This document shows, in pieces, positions 40,466 through 53,575 of a stretch of DNA of 64,000 nt. This stretch comes from the human T2T-CHM13v2.0 reference genome, Homo sapiens. A model generated the notes under the pieces. The model was not told where the DNA came from, made no database searches, and saw only the letters and a program-made list of their open reading frames with translations. The translations under genes were made by a program, and so were the position numbers. Positions within the stretch are counted from its first letter, which is position 1. Every line of letters begins with the position of its first letter. Location of the stretch: the NCBI RefSeq assembly GCF_009914755.1, contig NC_060939.1. One strand, 5' to 3'.

Positions 40466-41054
40466 GCCCCCTCGAGGACTTACACTTTATTGTGGCCCGC
40501 AGGAGGAAGCCGAACCTGGCACACAAATCCCCAGGCCTTGGTCTCTTTGACTGTATGAGGAGGAGTTCGAATTGTGTAAATGACAAGATTTTGTAAAGCC
40601 TCCCATCTGTGATTCCATGAAGTAATTAAATATGAGAAGAAGGTGGCAAATGCTATAATAGAATTGAGTGCTTTGGGAAAAAAGGAAATGGCAGCTGAGA
40701 ATTGAAAATTGGGATGGTTTGGAAGGGAGGCACCGATGCTGGGTTAGGGGGTTTGCATGGAAAGATGATGTGGATGGGCGGGCTGGTGGAACCGGGGGTG
40801 AGGCATGGGGGACTCCTCTTCTGAGAGGCACCAGGCAGAAAACAAGAGTTCACCGGCAAAGAAATATCTCCACCAAAATATCGAGTGCCGAGGTTGAGAA
40901 CCCCTGAGTTTGAGTAAGAACTGGCATGGAAAAGTGCATGGATTTGTAGTATCCCAAATCAGCGAGATTTGAGTTCTCCAGGACCTGGCTGGAAGCAGGA
41001 AAAGAGAAAGGCTGGAGCCAGCTATTTCAAGGCATTTGGTCTCCTCCAAGCCTG

Positions 41055-41714
<660 letters not shown>

Positions 41715-42135
41715 GCAAAGATTAATGCATCCCTACTGTCTCTTAAGCTATACTCCATGAGCACGGGGACTATATATATCTAGCTTGGCCAAAGCCTGAA
41801 ATATAATATTACTCAAAATATTTTTGTTGAATGAATAAGAAAAAAATAACTTAGATATATTGGTATCCTCATCCAGAGCCACCTTAGATTTCATGAAAGA
41901 AACTGGGTTTGGGTTTGTTGAGGTTTGCTTTTAGTACAAGCCAAATTTTGGATTTTTATAAAGTTAAATCTGTCGACATTTTTTTTTGTAATTTCTTCTT
42001 TTTCTTCTAAATTTAAAAAGTCCCTCCCATACACTCCTCAGCCCTCATCAAAGATTTGATGAATATCCTCTTCCCTGTTCTTACCAGTTTCTTGTGGGTT
42101 TCTTTCTTCAAATATTCAACTGTTTTGGCCAGGCT

Positions 42136-42445
42136 GGCTGGGTGCAGTAGCTCCTCCCTGTAATCCCAGCACTTTGGGAGGCCGAGGTGGGCAGATCACC
42201 TGAAGCCGAGAGTTTGAGATTAGCCTGATCAACATGGCAAAACCCTGTCTCTACTAAAAATACAAAAATTACCTGGGCGTAATGGCAGGTGCCTGTAATC
42301 CCAGCTATTTGGAGGCTGAGGCACGAGAATCACTTGAACCCAGGAGGCGGAGTTTGCAGTGATGCACAATCACGCCACTGCACTCCAGCCTGGGCAATGA
42401 AGGGAGACTCGGTCTCAAAAAAACAAACAAACAAACAAACAAAAA
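42136..42445 (+). mobile_element. AluS
   Basis: Dimer with (AAAC)n tail. Confidence 0.93.
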
Positions 42446-44103
42446 TTAACTGTTTCATTCTGTCTTTCTCAGAGGGTGGTGCAGGTACTCCTGGTACTCG
42501 TCGTGATAATGTAAGATTATCTTAGGAATTCTATTGATAAATATTCTTGTGTTAATGGTAGTGTAGGGTTTTTTTAAATAACTTTGTAATCAAGACATGA
42601 AACCTGATTTCACAGAGGATATTGCTTAGGGTAAGGGTAAGTTTTTAAAGATGGGTCTGTTTTAAAATTTAAGTGGATAATAGTGTGTGCAGTTGATAAA
42701 TATGAAAAACTGGTGATAGGGATCTGAAAATTACTAAAGTTTGGGAAACATTTGTTAAATCCGTGATGTTTTTTCTGTCTAGAGTAAGGTGACACTCAAC
42801 TGTTTTTCTCCCAACTCAACCACCAGATCATTAACCAACTATTCCAAACTATTTATAGAATTAACTCTGCTTGACTTAATGTCTGGCCAAGCAGGTCTCC
42901 CCTCTCCCCAAGGAGGGCTGATTTTGAGGGTTAGGGTCCAGCTGGTGGCATGTGAGCAGACAGTGACCCACGGGCCATAGCACATCCAGCAATGCCCTTG
43001 GGACCCAACCCAGGGGAATGTGGGTTACAGGACAGGAGCTGACCCGACATTCCCGGACCCCAACATGGAAGTACAAGAACACTGTTATCCCAAGGAGATA
43101 TTTCCAAGGGGAAATGGGGAGGGACAAAAATAAATATTAGGCATCAAATTAAAATGAGAAGACCCAACGTTACTCTTTGTAATTGAGAACTAGATTTGTA
43201 GTGATGAAATCTGGAACCTTAAGGGAGAACTAAAGTGAGACACTGGGTAGGTCATAATACCCTTTCTGTTGTCTAATTATCTGCCTATGAAATGGGTAAA
43301 TATAGCCTGTTGCCAAATAATGTTGAAAAGACAATTTATCTGGAAAAGACATGTACATATAAGCATGCACACACATGTGTGTGCACATACAATGTGATAT
43401 ATACAAGTATGTGAATCCTAAGGAAATCAGATACAAAATCCAGACTTAAAACCAGTGTGTGGATAGGCAATAACTCCCCCCGCAGTGTTCTCATTTAATG
43501 ACAAGATTCCTTTCAATACACAGCTTCCCCAGTGATTTTCATTATTTATTTGGAGTCTGCCAACACCTTGACTGAAAGGCTAAATGGAACTTTAAAAACT
43601 GAGAAAAGCACCCAGTACCTCCCCACACCGCATACCCCATCATTTTTTAATTAATAAAAATAATGAATCTCACATACAACTTTTCTAAAACATGCAGGGC
43701 AAAAAGTCGGGGGTACTCGAGGCACATGTATTTATCCATCCACCAACCTAACGTGTCAGTGAAGCGGGATGAAACCGTGTGGCCAGACAGAATGGGATTT
43801 GGCAGAACCGAATAGAGTGTAGGGCTGGAAAGGGCCTTAGAGTGCTTTTACTTCAAAAGCCTATCCTACAGAGGAAGAAACAAGGGATCTCATGACTCAC
43901 ATACACCCTTCTCACTTCCCAGTAGAGTGACACCACTTAATACTATTTCTTTTGCCACCAAAGAGCAAATTATGATCACATTTGAATGGAGGCACTGTTG
44001 AGTTAACCTTGCTGCCTCTGTTGAATTTCTGGTGTCTCAAAGTTGGAGAGAATGCAATGGACAACAGCTCACTACATGTGAGTGAAAGCAAGAGAAGACA
44101 GCC

Positions 44104-44145
44104 AGCAGGTGCTGAGTCATGCTAGAGCAGATGCTGAGTCATGTT
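44104..44145. promoter_or_regulatory. Tandem E-box plus ARE/MARE (TGCTGAGTCAT x2), 22-bp period
   Basis: AGCAGGTGCTGAGTCATGCT and AGCAGATGCTGAGTCATGTT read directly; function inferred. Confidence 0.55.
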
Positions 44146-44482
44146 GAATTATGCTATCCTGTGGGATTCACCAGGGGAGACTAATCCCCAGGGAGTTTAT
44201 TTGCCGTCTTAAATGAGGGACTCAAGTGAGAACCTGGCTACTTACTAATTGGAACAATATTCAAGTGGGGAGAGGGGCAGGGGAGGATCCAGGAGGTCCA
44301 CACCCTATAAAATGTTTGGGCTGTGTCTGGGGCCAGGACTTTGCCCATTCTGCAGAGTCCAGAATGAGGTCTCTTCCACCCTCTGTAGTTTTCCAGGTGG
44401 GCTATGGGATCTCCTGGCAATTGAAGAGGGCTTTGCAAAGATGAGCTGGGTTTATAAATAATGCATTTCCTTTGTCTTGCAG

Positions 44483-44545
44483 GAATTCGGGAGGCAGAGG
44501 TACAATCAGATCAGCTGTGAACAGCTTACATAGCAAATCTAATAG
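44483..44545 (+). CDS. ST8SIA2: ST8SIA2 exon 2 (63 nt, stem region)
   Basis: Acceptor TTTCCTTTGTCTTGCAG|; encodes (G)NSGGRGTIRSAVNSLHSKSN(R); donor AG|GTTTGT; joins exons 1 and 3 in frame. Too short to appear in the ORF track. Confidence 0.96.
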
Positions 44546-47283
44546 GTTTGTAAATTAGATTTTGTGTTCATTTGTTTTTGCTGTAAGGCAGCTATTAATC
44601 TGCTTCTCTTCTTTGCTGGATGGTGCCCTTCTTACTTAGCAAATAGATCTGTTTCGTTTCACTTTGGCTTTGCATTTCCCTAATCACTTTTGGGGGGAGC
44701 TGTCAATGGAAGATCACATGAAATGGCCCAAGGTCTAGAGGCTGCAGAGATGGAAAATGCAGATGGGTAAGAGTCACTTTCTGGAAAACAGCCCACCCAC
44801 TTTGTAATGCCTGGGACACCAATGAGCTTACTCAAACTTGCATGTTTGCTGAGCAATGGAGACCCTGAAGGGAACCAGCATTTTCACTCAATTTCATTGT
44901 GGTAAATGGCTCGTCCAGGAGGTTAAGATGGAAAATAAAGCATTCGGGAACTTTGCTGAGACCTCTTAAAATATTTAGGGAGTCAACACAGTAATGTTAA
45001 CCCTGATTATTGAACGTACGCTCCAAATTCTGAAAGAGTGTTTCTACTTCATGTAATGGTGCAGAACAGTCATTGCCAGGGGACAGCTTGATGCAGGACA
45101 GCGTGCAAACCCAGGCTTGCCCCTGGCTGTGGCTACACCATGCTTCTGAGTCCCCATTCTCCATCAATGACAAGTGCCCCATAGCTATGGCCTGTAGTCT
45201 TATAAGCTTGAGCTTAAGGAGCGGTGGAAGGAAGTGCCAAGTTATATGATGTAAACAAAGGCTACTACTCAAAATCAGGGCCTTGTTTTTCTTTCTAAAT
45301 ATCCTATTTTGGTCATTGTGGGAATAAGAGGTCCATATGATGCAGAGGATTGTCTATTATTTGCCCTTCCATATTTTTTTAGATCTCTTTTCTGTATGAG
45401 ACCTGTGAAGTACATCTGTCCCTGACCCTGCATGACTGACTCGAGAAACTGTTCCCTCTGTCCCTGACATCATTGCTTCTAGCTCTCTAATGACCTCTTA
45501 GCCACCTTGGAGCTATGAATGAAGCCCGTGTTATGCCAGGTGAAATGTGAATATGGCAGAAAGAAAGAAGGCCATGTGCTCCTAAGTCTCTCTCTGTTCT
45601 ATTATGAAATGATGCCCCATTTCGGAGAAAGAAGATCCTGCCCCTGAAGCCCAAGTCCTCATGGTAGCTTGAGGGGCCACAGTCTCATATGAATCAAGTA
45701 TGAGAAGTGGAAAAAAACAGTCCTGGGAGCCAGGCAGCCCTGGCCTCAGCCCCAGTGTTTGTTAGCCAGGACCTTAGGCAAGTGATTTTACCCCTCTGAG
45801 CCTTGGCTTCCCCATTTAATTAGAATAATACTGCAGTGTATTCTTTGAGGAGTGTTTAAGGATTAGAACCACCAAATGTAAGAATCTATCTAACCCAACA
45901 CCTGATATGTTAAAGGTACTTATTTGATGCTTGTTACTACTACTGTGGATATATCTGTGGCATGAAAAGAAGGTCACTGGGAGTGAAGTTCAGGAGTCGG
46001 GAGGTGAAGCAACTTAAGCCTGAAATGTACCTCTAGTGTCATTTTGGAAATGGGGGAGGGGACTGGAAACAGGAGAACACATTCATTGAAAAGGAATATC
46101 TCAACTCACCAATCCAACGTGTTTGTGCAGCACACAGCATGTAAAACCTGTGAACCGAGGTGGACCCTGGAGTTTTCTAATCCACCCCCTTTATTTTACA
46201 GATAAGAAGGCAGAGTCTAGAAATCTGAAGTGACTTTTCCAAGTCCCCCAGGTAGACTGCAACTGAGCCAGGGTTAAAATCCCTTAAGACCATGATGGGC
46301 TATGCAGGATGCCATCCAAATTCACCCTGGAAAGTGGAGAGAGAAATGGAATTTTACCATTACCCACACCAGCATTTATCTCTCTCCCTTTCCAGCCTTT
46401 GCCATCTTGTGTCCAGGAGAAGTCTGGAAACCTTTCCTGGAGGTTTCCAAGCAGGTCTCCTCTCCAGGCATCCACGGGAGAATTCCTCTGCAGCTCCTTC
46501 TTTCCTGAGCCTAGTGCCATCCAGTGTGCCCCCGTCTCTGAGAAGCATCACCCTAGACTGAACCCACCTTAAGCCATGAGACACCAGAGCCCAGTCACTG
46601 ATTTCTGATGAGTACATCAGCTAGCCTCTTAGTGCGATGACTCCTCATCACCAACATTAAAGCATTTCTGTTGTGCGTGCCTACTGAGGTAGGCTTCAAC
46701 AAAGCTGGGGTGAAGCCGCTAATTCTGTGTCGCTGAGGTCAGTGCCCCTGCCTGTGTTCTGCATAGAAGTTGGTGGTATCAAAAGGATGCAGCAATGCCA
46801 GCTCCTGCTAGAGCCTCATGAGGTGGCAGCCAGTGGGGCATGCCAGAAACATCGGTGCTCCTTTGAAAATTCCAGAACCTCACGAGATGGATATCTGTCT
46901 CTTCTACACCTTGTTTCTATAAATGGGCAATCTGTGGCTCAGAGAAGTAAAGCTATCGACCCACAGTCACACAGCTTATGAAATCTTTCCACTGTACCCA
47001 ATGCGTCTTGCATGAAAACAGTAAAAATTCCAAAGGGTTAGGTCTTGTGTACCCTCTCGGAAGCTCCCTTAAGCCTGCATGCTAGGAAGAGTTCCTCTGC
47101 CTTACTCAAAACTCGTCAATTCTCTATCCTCTGCGAAGTTACAGATATTTGAATTCAAGAGAAGTGATATCAGCCAGAAGGAGTCAGAAATATTGAGGAA
47201 TGGAGGTGGGTGCATGAAGGGAATGTGTGAGACAACATGCACCCCTAAACGAAGTCCTTCTCTACCTGCAAAAGTCAAACTAG

Positions 47284-47611
<328 letters not shown>

Positions 47612-48685
47612 TCACTAACAGGATTTCATCTTTTTTAACTTGGCTGTTTCAAGATAAATGGAGAGGACACAGATGTTTGGTTTGAACTCTTTAAAGCTTC
47701 AGAATGTGTCATCACAAATCCACTTATTCTAACTGGGAGAATCTGCTGTCAGCACAGACAAAAAGAACTTTGGATGTGACCCACATATATCTGTGTGCAT
47801 CCGGCAGCAAGGCGGCTAACTCTTACACTGCCTTTAAAGATAGAATTGTAACCTAGTTTATAGAAACCTACTAGCATAGATTTCAAGCCTCTGAATTCAA
47901 GCCAGTCCTATAATACCTGGTGTTCCTGAGTCAGATGGAAAGGGGGTGTTTACCCAGAATCGTGATCCACCCAGGGAGTATAAAGCCAGCCAGTTCTTTC
48001 ATTCACTCCAGGCTCCCCCGGGATCGATTTCAACCTAAATTCAACAATACTTATTTATTGAGCACCCGCTATGTTAGACCATTAGGGAATATAAAATGAA
48101 TGTGGGAGATCCCTTGCGTACAGTCTCCTATGAGGGACAGACACAGCACAGATGACTGTGTAACAAGGTCCATGTTTCAAGGAGCATATCTCAGAATTAC
48201 CCTCAAGAGAGTGATGGGGCTGCCAGGGAGGAGGGTGAAGCCACAGGCTACAATGACATTGTCCTGGTATGAGTTCTTGTTTTCTCTTTTAAGTTTGTAA
48301 GCCCATCATTTGATACTTTGTTGCTCATATACCTGCTCCTTGTAGAGTTTCTTATCAATAGCTTGAATAAGAAATATTCTGACACTCTTCTGACAGTGAC
48401 TGCCAGGTTTTACCAGGAAAAAAAAAATCACTAGGGGCAGGGGAAGAAGAATAAGTTTATCACCCTCCTTCCTGTCTCCAACAATGTATGTAGGTTATAC
48501 CTTAGGGACAGAGTTTCTGCATTACTGGAAGATAAATAGACTTCCTTCTCTTCTCAGGTAATAACTGCAATTTTGCTCTTCTGGAGAAGTTTACATTCAA
48601 GCCCGTGCAAAAACAAAACTATTAGACTTGTCGTCGGCTTGCTAACACATCATGTCTACCCTCTTTCTTTTTTTTTCCCTTCCAG

Positions 48686-48814
48686 AGCTGAAGTTGTAAT
48701 AAACGGCTCCTCATCACCAGCTGTTGTTGACAGAAGTAATGAAAGCATCAAGCACAACATCCAGCCAGCCTCGTCCAAATGGAGACATAACCAGACGCTC
48801 TCTCTGAGGATCAG
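48686..48814 (+). CDS. ST8SIA2: ST8SIA2 exon 3 (129 nt)
   Basis: Long polypyrimidine tract ending TTCCAG|; AEVVINGSSSPAVVDRSNESIKHNIQPASSKWRHNQTLSLRI with N-glycosylation sequons NGS, NES, NQT; donor AG|GTACTG. Confidence 0.97.
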
Positions 48815-50273
48815 GTACTGGTAATTACCTACAGGACAAGAGGTAGACTTGGTCTTGAGCATACACGGGCAAATTGCTGCTCTTCGTCATCTAAAGAAGT
48901 CAGGATAGAAATAAAATGTTTACCTCCCACTGAGGCAGGTTTCATCTGTAAGTGATCAATCGGAAATAAAAACCCGAGACAAGCCTAGCGGCCCAGCCTG
49001 TGTATGTGGCGACTGGGGCCAGGCGGTGGCAGGAACACCCGCTGAGGTTCTGGGCTTAGAAGCAGCAAACCTTGAGTCTCGGGTCAGCAGCAGAGGGAAT
49101 CTGGGCAGTGGAGGCCACAGGTGGCTGCTTCTTCCCAGGCATAAAGAGTCCTTACTTGTTGGGGTCTGCCTGGGAGTCACATCCCCTTTCAGTGACAGTC
49201 CTCCAGTTTGTTCCTGGAGAGCTGCTCCCTCCCTCAGCCCTTGGGCTTGTATAGGCTGCTCCTCCCTAACAACGTGAAAATGAAAACCTAGAGCCATAGG
49301 GGCATCCGGAGAACCCAGGAACTGACATGACACCCGACCAGAAAGCAGAGGTCTGTTAACCAGAGAGCAGCTCTCGTCCTGATCTGTGCAGAGTGATGTT
49401 TTCAGAGCACTGCAGCCATCATCGGGTAGTGGCAATGGGGAACCGTAGAGAAGGAATTACAACTTCGGCATTTTGGACACTTAGCTTAGATATAGCCATG
49501 ATTGACCCAGCAAATATTTGTAAGTATAATCCAACTATTCAGTTCCAGGCATCGTGCTGGGGCCCCAGGAGTGCTAGCATGAATCAGACATGCTAGCTGG
49601 GGACATGAATATAAGCAAAGACAAGACAGCGTGGTATGACATACACATGAGGTGGTGCTGCATCTTACACATAGATGGAAATAAACAGGCCATACTGAGC
49701 AAAGAGTCATTCATTTTGTAAGAGGACTAAGAAGACTGGCCAGGAAAGGCTGGCCAGGAGCAGTGGGTTTTGAAGGATAATTAGGAGTTCACCAAGCTGC
49801 TTCCCACATGCACAGAGTCTGTGATCTGGTGCTTGTGGACAGTGCTGCAGGAGCAGGAAGCAGGAGGCAAGGAATAGGGGGGTAAGGTTGGGACGATAGG
49901 CAGGACCAGACGGGGAATGATTGATGACCATCCCAGGCCATACCATGGGGAGAGAGGAGAGCAGCCATCAGCAATGTCACCACGCAGAGCAGGGAACTGC
50001 CCCCTCCACAAGGCTCACTGTCAAAATGGAAATGCCTCTGCACCCTAGTTCTTGAAGCTTAGTTTTGGGACCTGTGCAGGGCTGGGGAATTGAAAGGCAT
50101 GAGCTCTGGGGACCTAGCAGCTGAGAAACCATCTGAAGTAGCTGACTCCCTGCCACCCTGCACTCCTTACTTACCGCCTCTTCAGAGGCCTCCTGGTGGC
50201 CCTCCATCCCCCTCACGAAGCCCTAACAACCGCCCCCTTTGATCAGGGACACCGTGGAGTCAGCAACCCCAAC

Positions 50274-50690
50274 TGCATTAGCTCCCTAGGGCTGCTGTAA
50301 CAAATTACCAACAACGCGGCGGCGGCCTAAAACAACAGAAATGTATTCTTGCACCGCTCTGGATGCCACAATTCTGAGCACCCCCTTGCAGGCTCCAAGG
50401 GAGAACCCATCCTCTCGCCGCTTCCAGCCTCTGGTGGCCGCAGAACTCCAACCCCTGCCTCCATCTTCACGTGGCCCTCTCCTCTGTGCTTCTATCTTCT
50501 CTTCTGTCTCCTATAAGGACACCTGTCATTGTATTTAGGGCCCACCCGGGTAATCCAGGATCTAATCTCCAGATCCTTAAGTTAATTACATCCGCAAAGA
50601 TGTTCTTTTGACATGTGGTCACATTCACAGGTTCCAGGGGTTAGGAGGTGGACATATATTTTAGAGGGGGTCACCATTCTCCCCACTACA
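50274..50690. mobile_element. MLT1-type MaLR LTR
   Basis: TGCATTAGCTCCCTAGGGCTGCTGTAACAAATTACCA...TAAAACAACAGAAATGTATTCT...TCACATTCACAGGTTCCAGGGGTTAGGA. Confidence 0.8.
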
Positions 50691-52787
50691 CCACCGTGAA
50701 TGAAATCCTCCTGCCAGTATGAGCTACCCATGGTCCCCAATGTCCCTTTCTCCAACCATTGGATAGAGAAATAGCTCCCCCACCCCTTGTGAAGACGAGA
50801 CTGTGTCCTTCATAAAGACCCTGCAAACACAGTCCCTTCAGCAGCAACAATGTACCTTTACCCAGAGGGAAAAAGAATTTCCTCCAGCTTCAATTAATCA
50901 CCAAGATTATTCATAATAAAAGATTCTGCAAGTGATTTGGAATGATGTTTAATAATTGATGGTAATTTCTCCTAATTAGTTAGAAATTAATTCACTCACA
51001 GAGGTGTTTATTTATGGGCTTTCTAGGGGCTCTCTTTGTTTTTAAATGCTTTGGGGTAAGTAATTGCAAAGGTTTCAGCAATTTCCCAACTATATTAGTT
51101 TGTCAAGTCATATAATCCTTGGTAAAGCACAGTAAATAAAAACAGTGCCTCTGTTTTCCATCAACAGATACGAATTATTCTACAAGGGTGGTTTCCCCTA
51201 CATGATAGCAAGAGAGGCAGGTCATCAATAAGGAAAGACAATGGATGAGACGCGCCGAGCTTACCAAGTGTTCTAGCTGCCCCCTGGCTGCCCCGGAGGC
51301 TCTTGAACCTGGACACACATTAAAGTCACCCGGGGAGCTTTTGAGAGCAATGCTGAGAACTGGGCCACTCTCAGAATCAAGATTTCTCACATGTCAGCCT
51401 GGAAATTTGAAATACTTAAAGGTTCCCCAAGTGACTGAATGTGCAGCCTACTGGAACGTACCATAGGTTGTGAACATCTCAAATCCAGCAGGCTTTCAGG
51501 CCTCAGTGTTACTATCTGCGAGATGGGACAGCCATCCTGCAGCGTCTAACATTTGCAAAGTGCATGAAAATTCTGCACCTCCAGGACTCTGAAAACAAAG
51601 AACAGCATCTTTGTATCTGTTCTAGATAGGAATTTGCAGCAGAATATGAAATTAATTTCAGCTTATCTAGGTACTCAATTCCTTTCTCTTTATGACTGGA
51701 ATCATTTCTTAAAATCTCAGGTGATTTAAACAGTTCTTTAAGTAAAACTCCCAGCTAGGATTTTCAGGTTCCTTGGCAGAAGGCTGTGTGTTTCAGGTAA
51801 AGCTTTTCTGGCAAGGCTAAGAGGACACCCATCCCTTTCCTGACCCCACTCCATCCTTTCTTTGTGCTTTGCTAGATGATTCGATTCGAGAACTTTCTCT
51901 AAATCAAAGCTACCCCAGAGCCTAGAGAGCTGTGCTTCGTTCTGAAACAATGCAAAGGAGCCCTTCTCCGTGGAACTGGGAGGGGTCCATGTTTACAATC
52001 CCCCCATAAACACTAGAGAGCAACTAGAGGGGGCAGCAAGGGGACGTGCTCCAGCTTGCAGGATGGCAGGCCACCCTCTCGGTGTCTCAAAGGCAGAAAG
52101 TGTCCATACACGTCACAGTATCCATCCCCCCAGAAAGCCCCTTTGCAATGTGCCCAGAGAAACCTTCCGTGAAAGAAAATGGGCCGGTAAGGAGTGAGAG
52201 GCGCCTGTCATCTGGCTTTCTGCTCCTAGACAAATTTATTATCCTTTTTTCAAAATCTAGGAAGTGTGAGAGTAGCAGAGAAACTTAGATTTTATACCTA
52301 GCCATTCATTTTCATCCCCGTCAGAGGATGGCCCTAAATCCCCCTAAGACAGTGAGGGTAATGTAAGCTCACCAAATGTCTGGGTGTGCCCCAGACTGGG
52401 GGGCTTTCAGGGACATGGGGCTTTCAGTGCCCGAGCCAGGCAGTCCTGGGGAAACTGGGGTGGTGGGCCACCCTTCCTTCTGGGGCCCGCTGTGAGGAGC
52501 TCACTCCAGCCCTAATGGAGTGATTCCACAGGGCAGTTTTCACCTAGCAAAGGAAGAGGGTGTCACCCTGGCAACCCCCATATTGGCCACCACCATAGTT
52601 GCTTCTGGGCCACTTCTGGCCATCCCTGCCTGGAACCTGTTCTCGAGGGCATCTGAACTCTCATCATACTCTGCGTGTTTGCTGGGCTGCAGCCACCGTG
52701 CAGGGCGACCCTGGATAGGAAAAGCTGGGCTGGCAAAGGGCAGCTGGCACCCTGGAGAATTTCCTCACGCATGTTTGGTTTTCACAG

Positions 52788-53045
52788 GAAGCAGATTTTA
52801 AAGTTCTTGGATGCTGAAAAGGACATTTCTGTCCTAAAGGGAACCCTGAAGCCTGGAGATATTATTCATTACATCTTCGATCGAGACAGCACCATGAATG
52901 TGTCCCAGAACCTCTACGAGCTCCTCCCCAGGACTTCGCCACTGAAGAATAAGCACTTTGGGACTTGTGCCATCGTGGGCAACTCGGGGGTCTTGCTGAA
53001 CAGCGGCTGTGGGCAGGAGATTGACGCCCACAGCTTCGTCATCAG
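52788..53045 (+). CDS. ST8SIA2: ST8SIA2 exon 4 (258 nt), first part of sialylmotif L
   Basis: Acceptor TTTTCACAG|; [12 protein letters not shown]...[31 protein letters not shown](R), the GT29 sialylmotif L; donor AG|GTAACA. Confidence 0.98.
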
Positions 53046-53159
53046 GTAACATGCCCCAGCAGGCACTCTGGGGCCAGAGCGGCGGGCAGGCTGTGTTTCA
53101 GTGGAGCATTGCCAGCTGTCCCAAGAGACTGAAACAAGAGGCCCTGGTGGAGTTAGCCC

Positions 53160-53575
53160 CTGCTCTCAACCATGACTGCTCATCAGAATCACTTGGGGAG
53201 CTTCGCCTCCAATGTCCAGAATGTACCTCAAACCAATTAAATCAATGGAGGAGAGGGGAAGAGAGGCGTGGCAGGGGTGCAGGCAACCCAGGGAGCCCAG
53301 TTCATTCTGATTTACAGCCAAGGTTGAGAATCACTGATCCACAGCAAAGATGGGCAGATGCTGGCCTGCAGCCTAAAGTTTGGTTGGAACACAGCCATGC
53401 CACCCGTTTTCATATCATTGATGGCTGTTGTCTCACTACAAGGAGAGTGGAGTCACTGGGCACGGTTAAGTCATTGGGTGAAATTGCAGAGTCAGAACAG
53501 AGAGATCATATCACCTGCAAAGCCAAAAATGTCATTATCTGGCGCTTTATAGAAAAAGTTTGCTGATCCCCTGAG
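53160..53575. mobile_element. MER5-like element followed by MER58A
   Basis: CAGAATCACTTGGGGAGCTT...CCAAGGTTGAGAATCACTG; GGAACACAGCCATGCC...ATCTGGCGCTTTATAGAAAAAGTTTGCTGATCCCCTG. Confidence 0.7.
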
